64,000 nt of DNA from Podarcis cretensis (taxonomy: Eukaryota), in the NCBI GenBank assembly GCA_951804945.1, contig OX638149.1, forward strand, positions 30,938,001-31,002,000, in the 5' to 3' direction. The first letter of the stretch is position 1; each line of letters starts with the position of its first letter. This document shows positions 63,294 through 64,000 of the stretch, one piece after another. Both the position numbers and the translations under genes were made by a program. The notes below the pieces were generated by a model. It searched no databases and was not told the origin of the DNA. It saw nothing but the letters and a program-made list of their open reading frames with translations.

Positions 63294-64000
63294 GTTAAAG
63301 CATAGCGAACACCCATTTGAAGCACATGACTTTCCCCAAAGAATCCTGGGAACTGTAGTTTTCCCCCCTCACAGAATTACTGTTTCCCAGCATCCTTAAC
63401 CAACTACAGTCCCCAGGACTCTCTGGGGGAAGTCACGTGATTTAAATGTGTGTTGGATGTGCTTTAAATGTATGGTGCCGACCTGCCTGGTGTTGCTATT
63501 CACTGTAGGAAATTCTGACGCGGGCTTTGCCACCAGTTTTAATATGTGAGGCTGTGCTGAATCTTTTCACGCCTTTCTGGCTCGATAGCAGGTTGCTTCC
63601 CTTCCCCTCTCGACACATATTGGAGCATTACTCCCTCGCTGGAGCTGTGCCTGGACTAAGAGGCTATATCTGGTTTCATGGAAGCTGGCTTCTCTCAGGC
63701 TTCAACACAACAAGGCTTGAGAAGATGCATTTATCTCTAACACCTCCAGGATGGGCAGGCTAGTGCTCCAACTCCCATCAGCCCCAGCCAGCATGGGCCA
63801 ACGGTCAGAGGATTATGGGAGTTGGAGTTCAGCAACATCTGGAGGGCAATAGGTCCGGCCTCATCCTGCCCTAAAGGATGAGTCTTTGGATGTTTGGCCT
63901 CTCTTCCTCCCTCCCCCACAAAATGAAATAATTTGAGGTTGATGGCAATGCTGTTTCTCAGCCACATTGATGCTCTCCTGTTCTGCTGAGTGAGATTTGT

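Noticed and set aside
53400-64000. CIPC, the expected syntenic neighbour
   Set aside because: Its large terminal coding exon is not present in any frame.

Overview
Eukaryotic (vertebrate) genomic DNA from a squamate reptile, probably a lacertid lizard, inferred from Sauria SINEs, BovB/RTE, CR1 and L2 repeats. It is not prokaryotic: no operons, rRNA or CRISPR arrays. The only intact gene I can identify with confidence is ZDHHC22 (+ strand; coding exons 19287-19854 and 30275-30540; 277 aa DHHC palmitoyltransferase). It is driven by a CpG island at ~17.3-19.2 kb that also has a minus-strand splice donor, probably the first exon of TMEM63C by synteny. A second CpG/ETS promoter lies at ~52.9-53.3 kb. 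The main hidden feature is a long, multi-exon, decayed minus-strand locus (~46.7 to 28.15 kb, possibly starting at the 53 kb promoter). Its fragments are collinear with F-box/LRR protein FBXL18 and appear to cover the FBXL18 architecture twice. It carries in-frame stops, frameshifts, nested TE insertions and a microsatellite expansion, and it is interleaved antisense with ZDHHC22. The FBXL18 comparison relies on my recalled human sequence and needs confirming by alignment. The rest of the window is dense in SINEs, LINE fragments, TA-targeting and hAT MITEs, a solo LTR and microsatellites.
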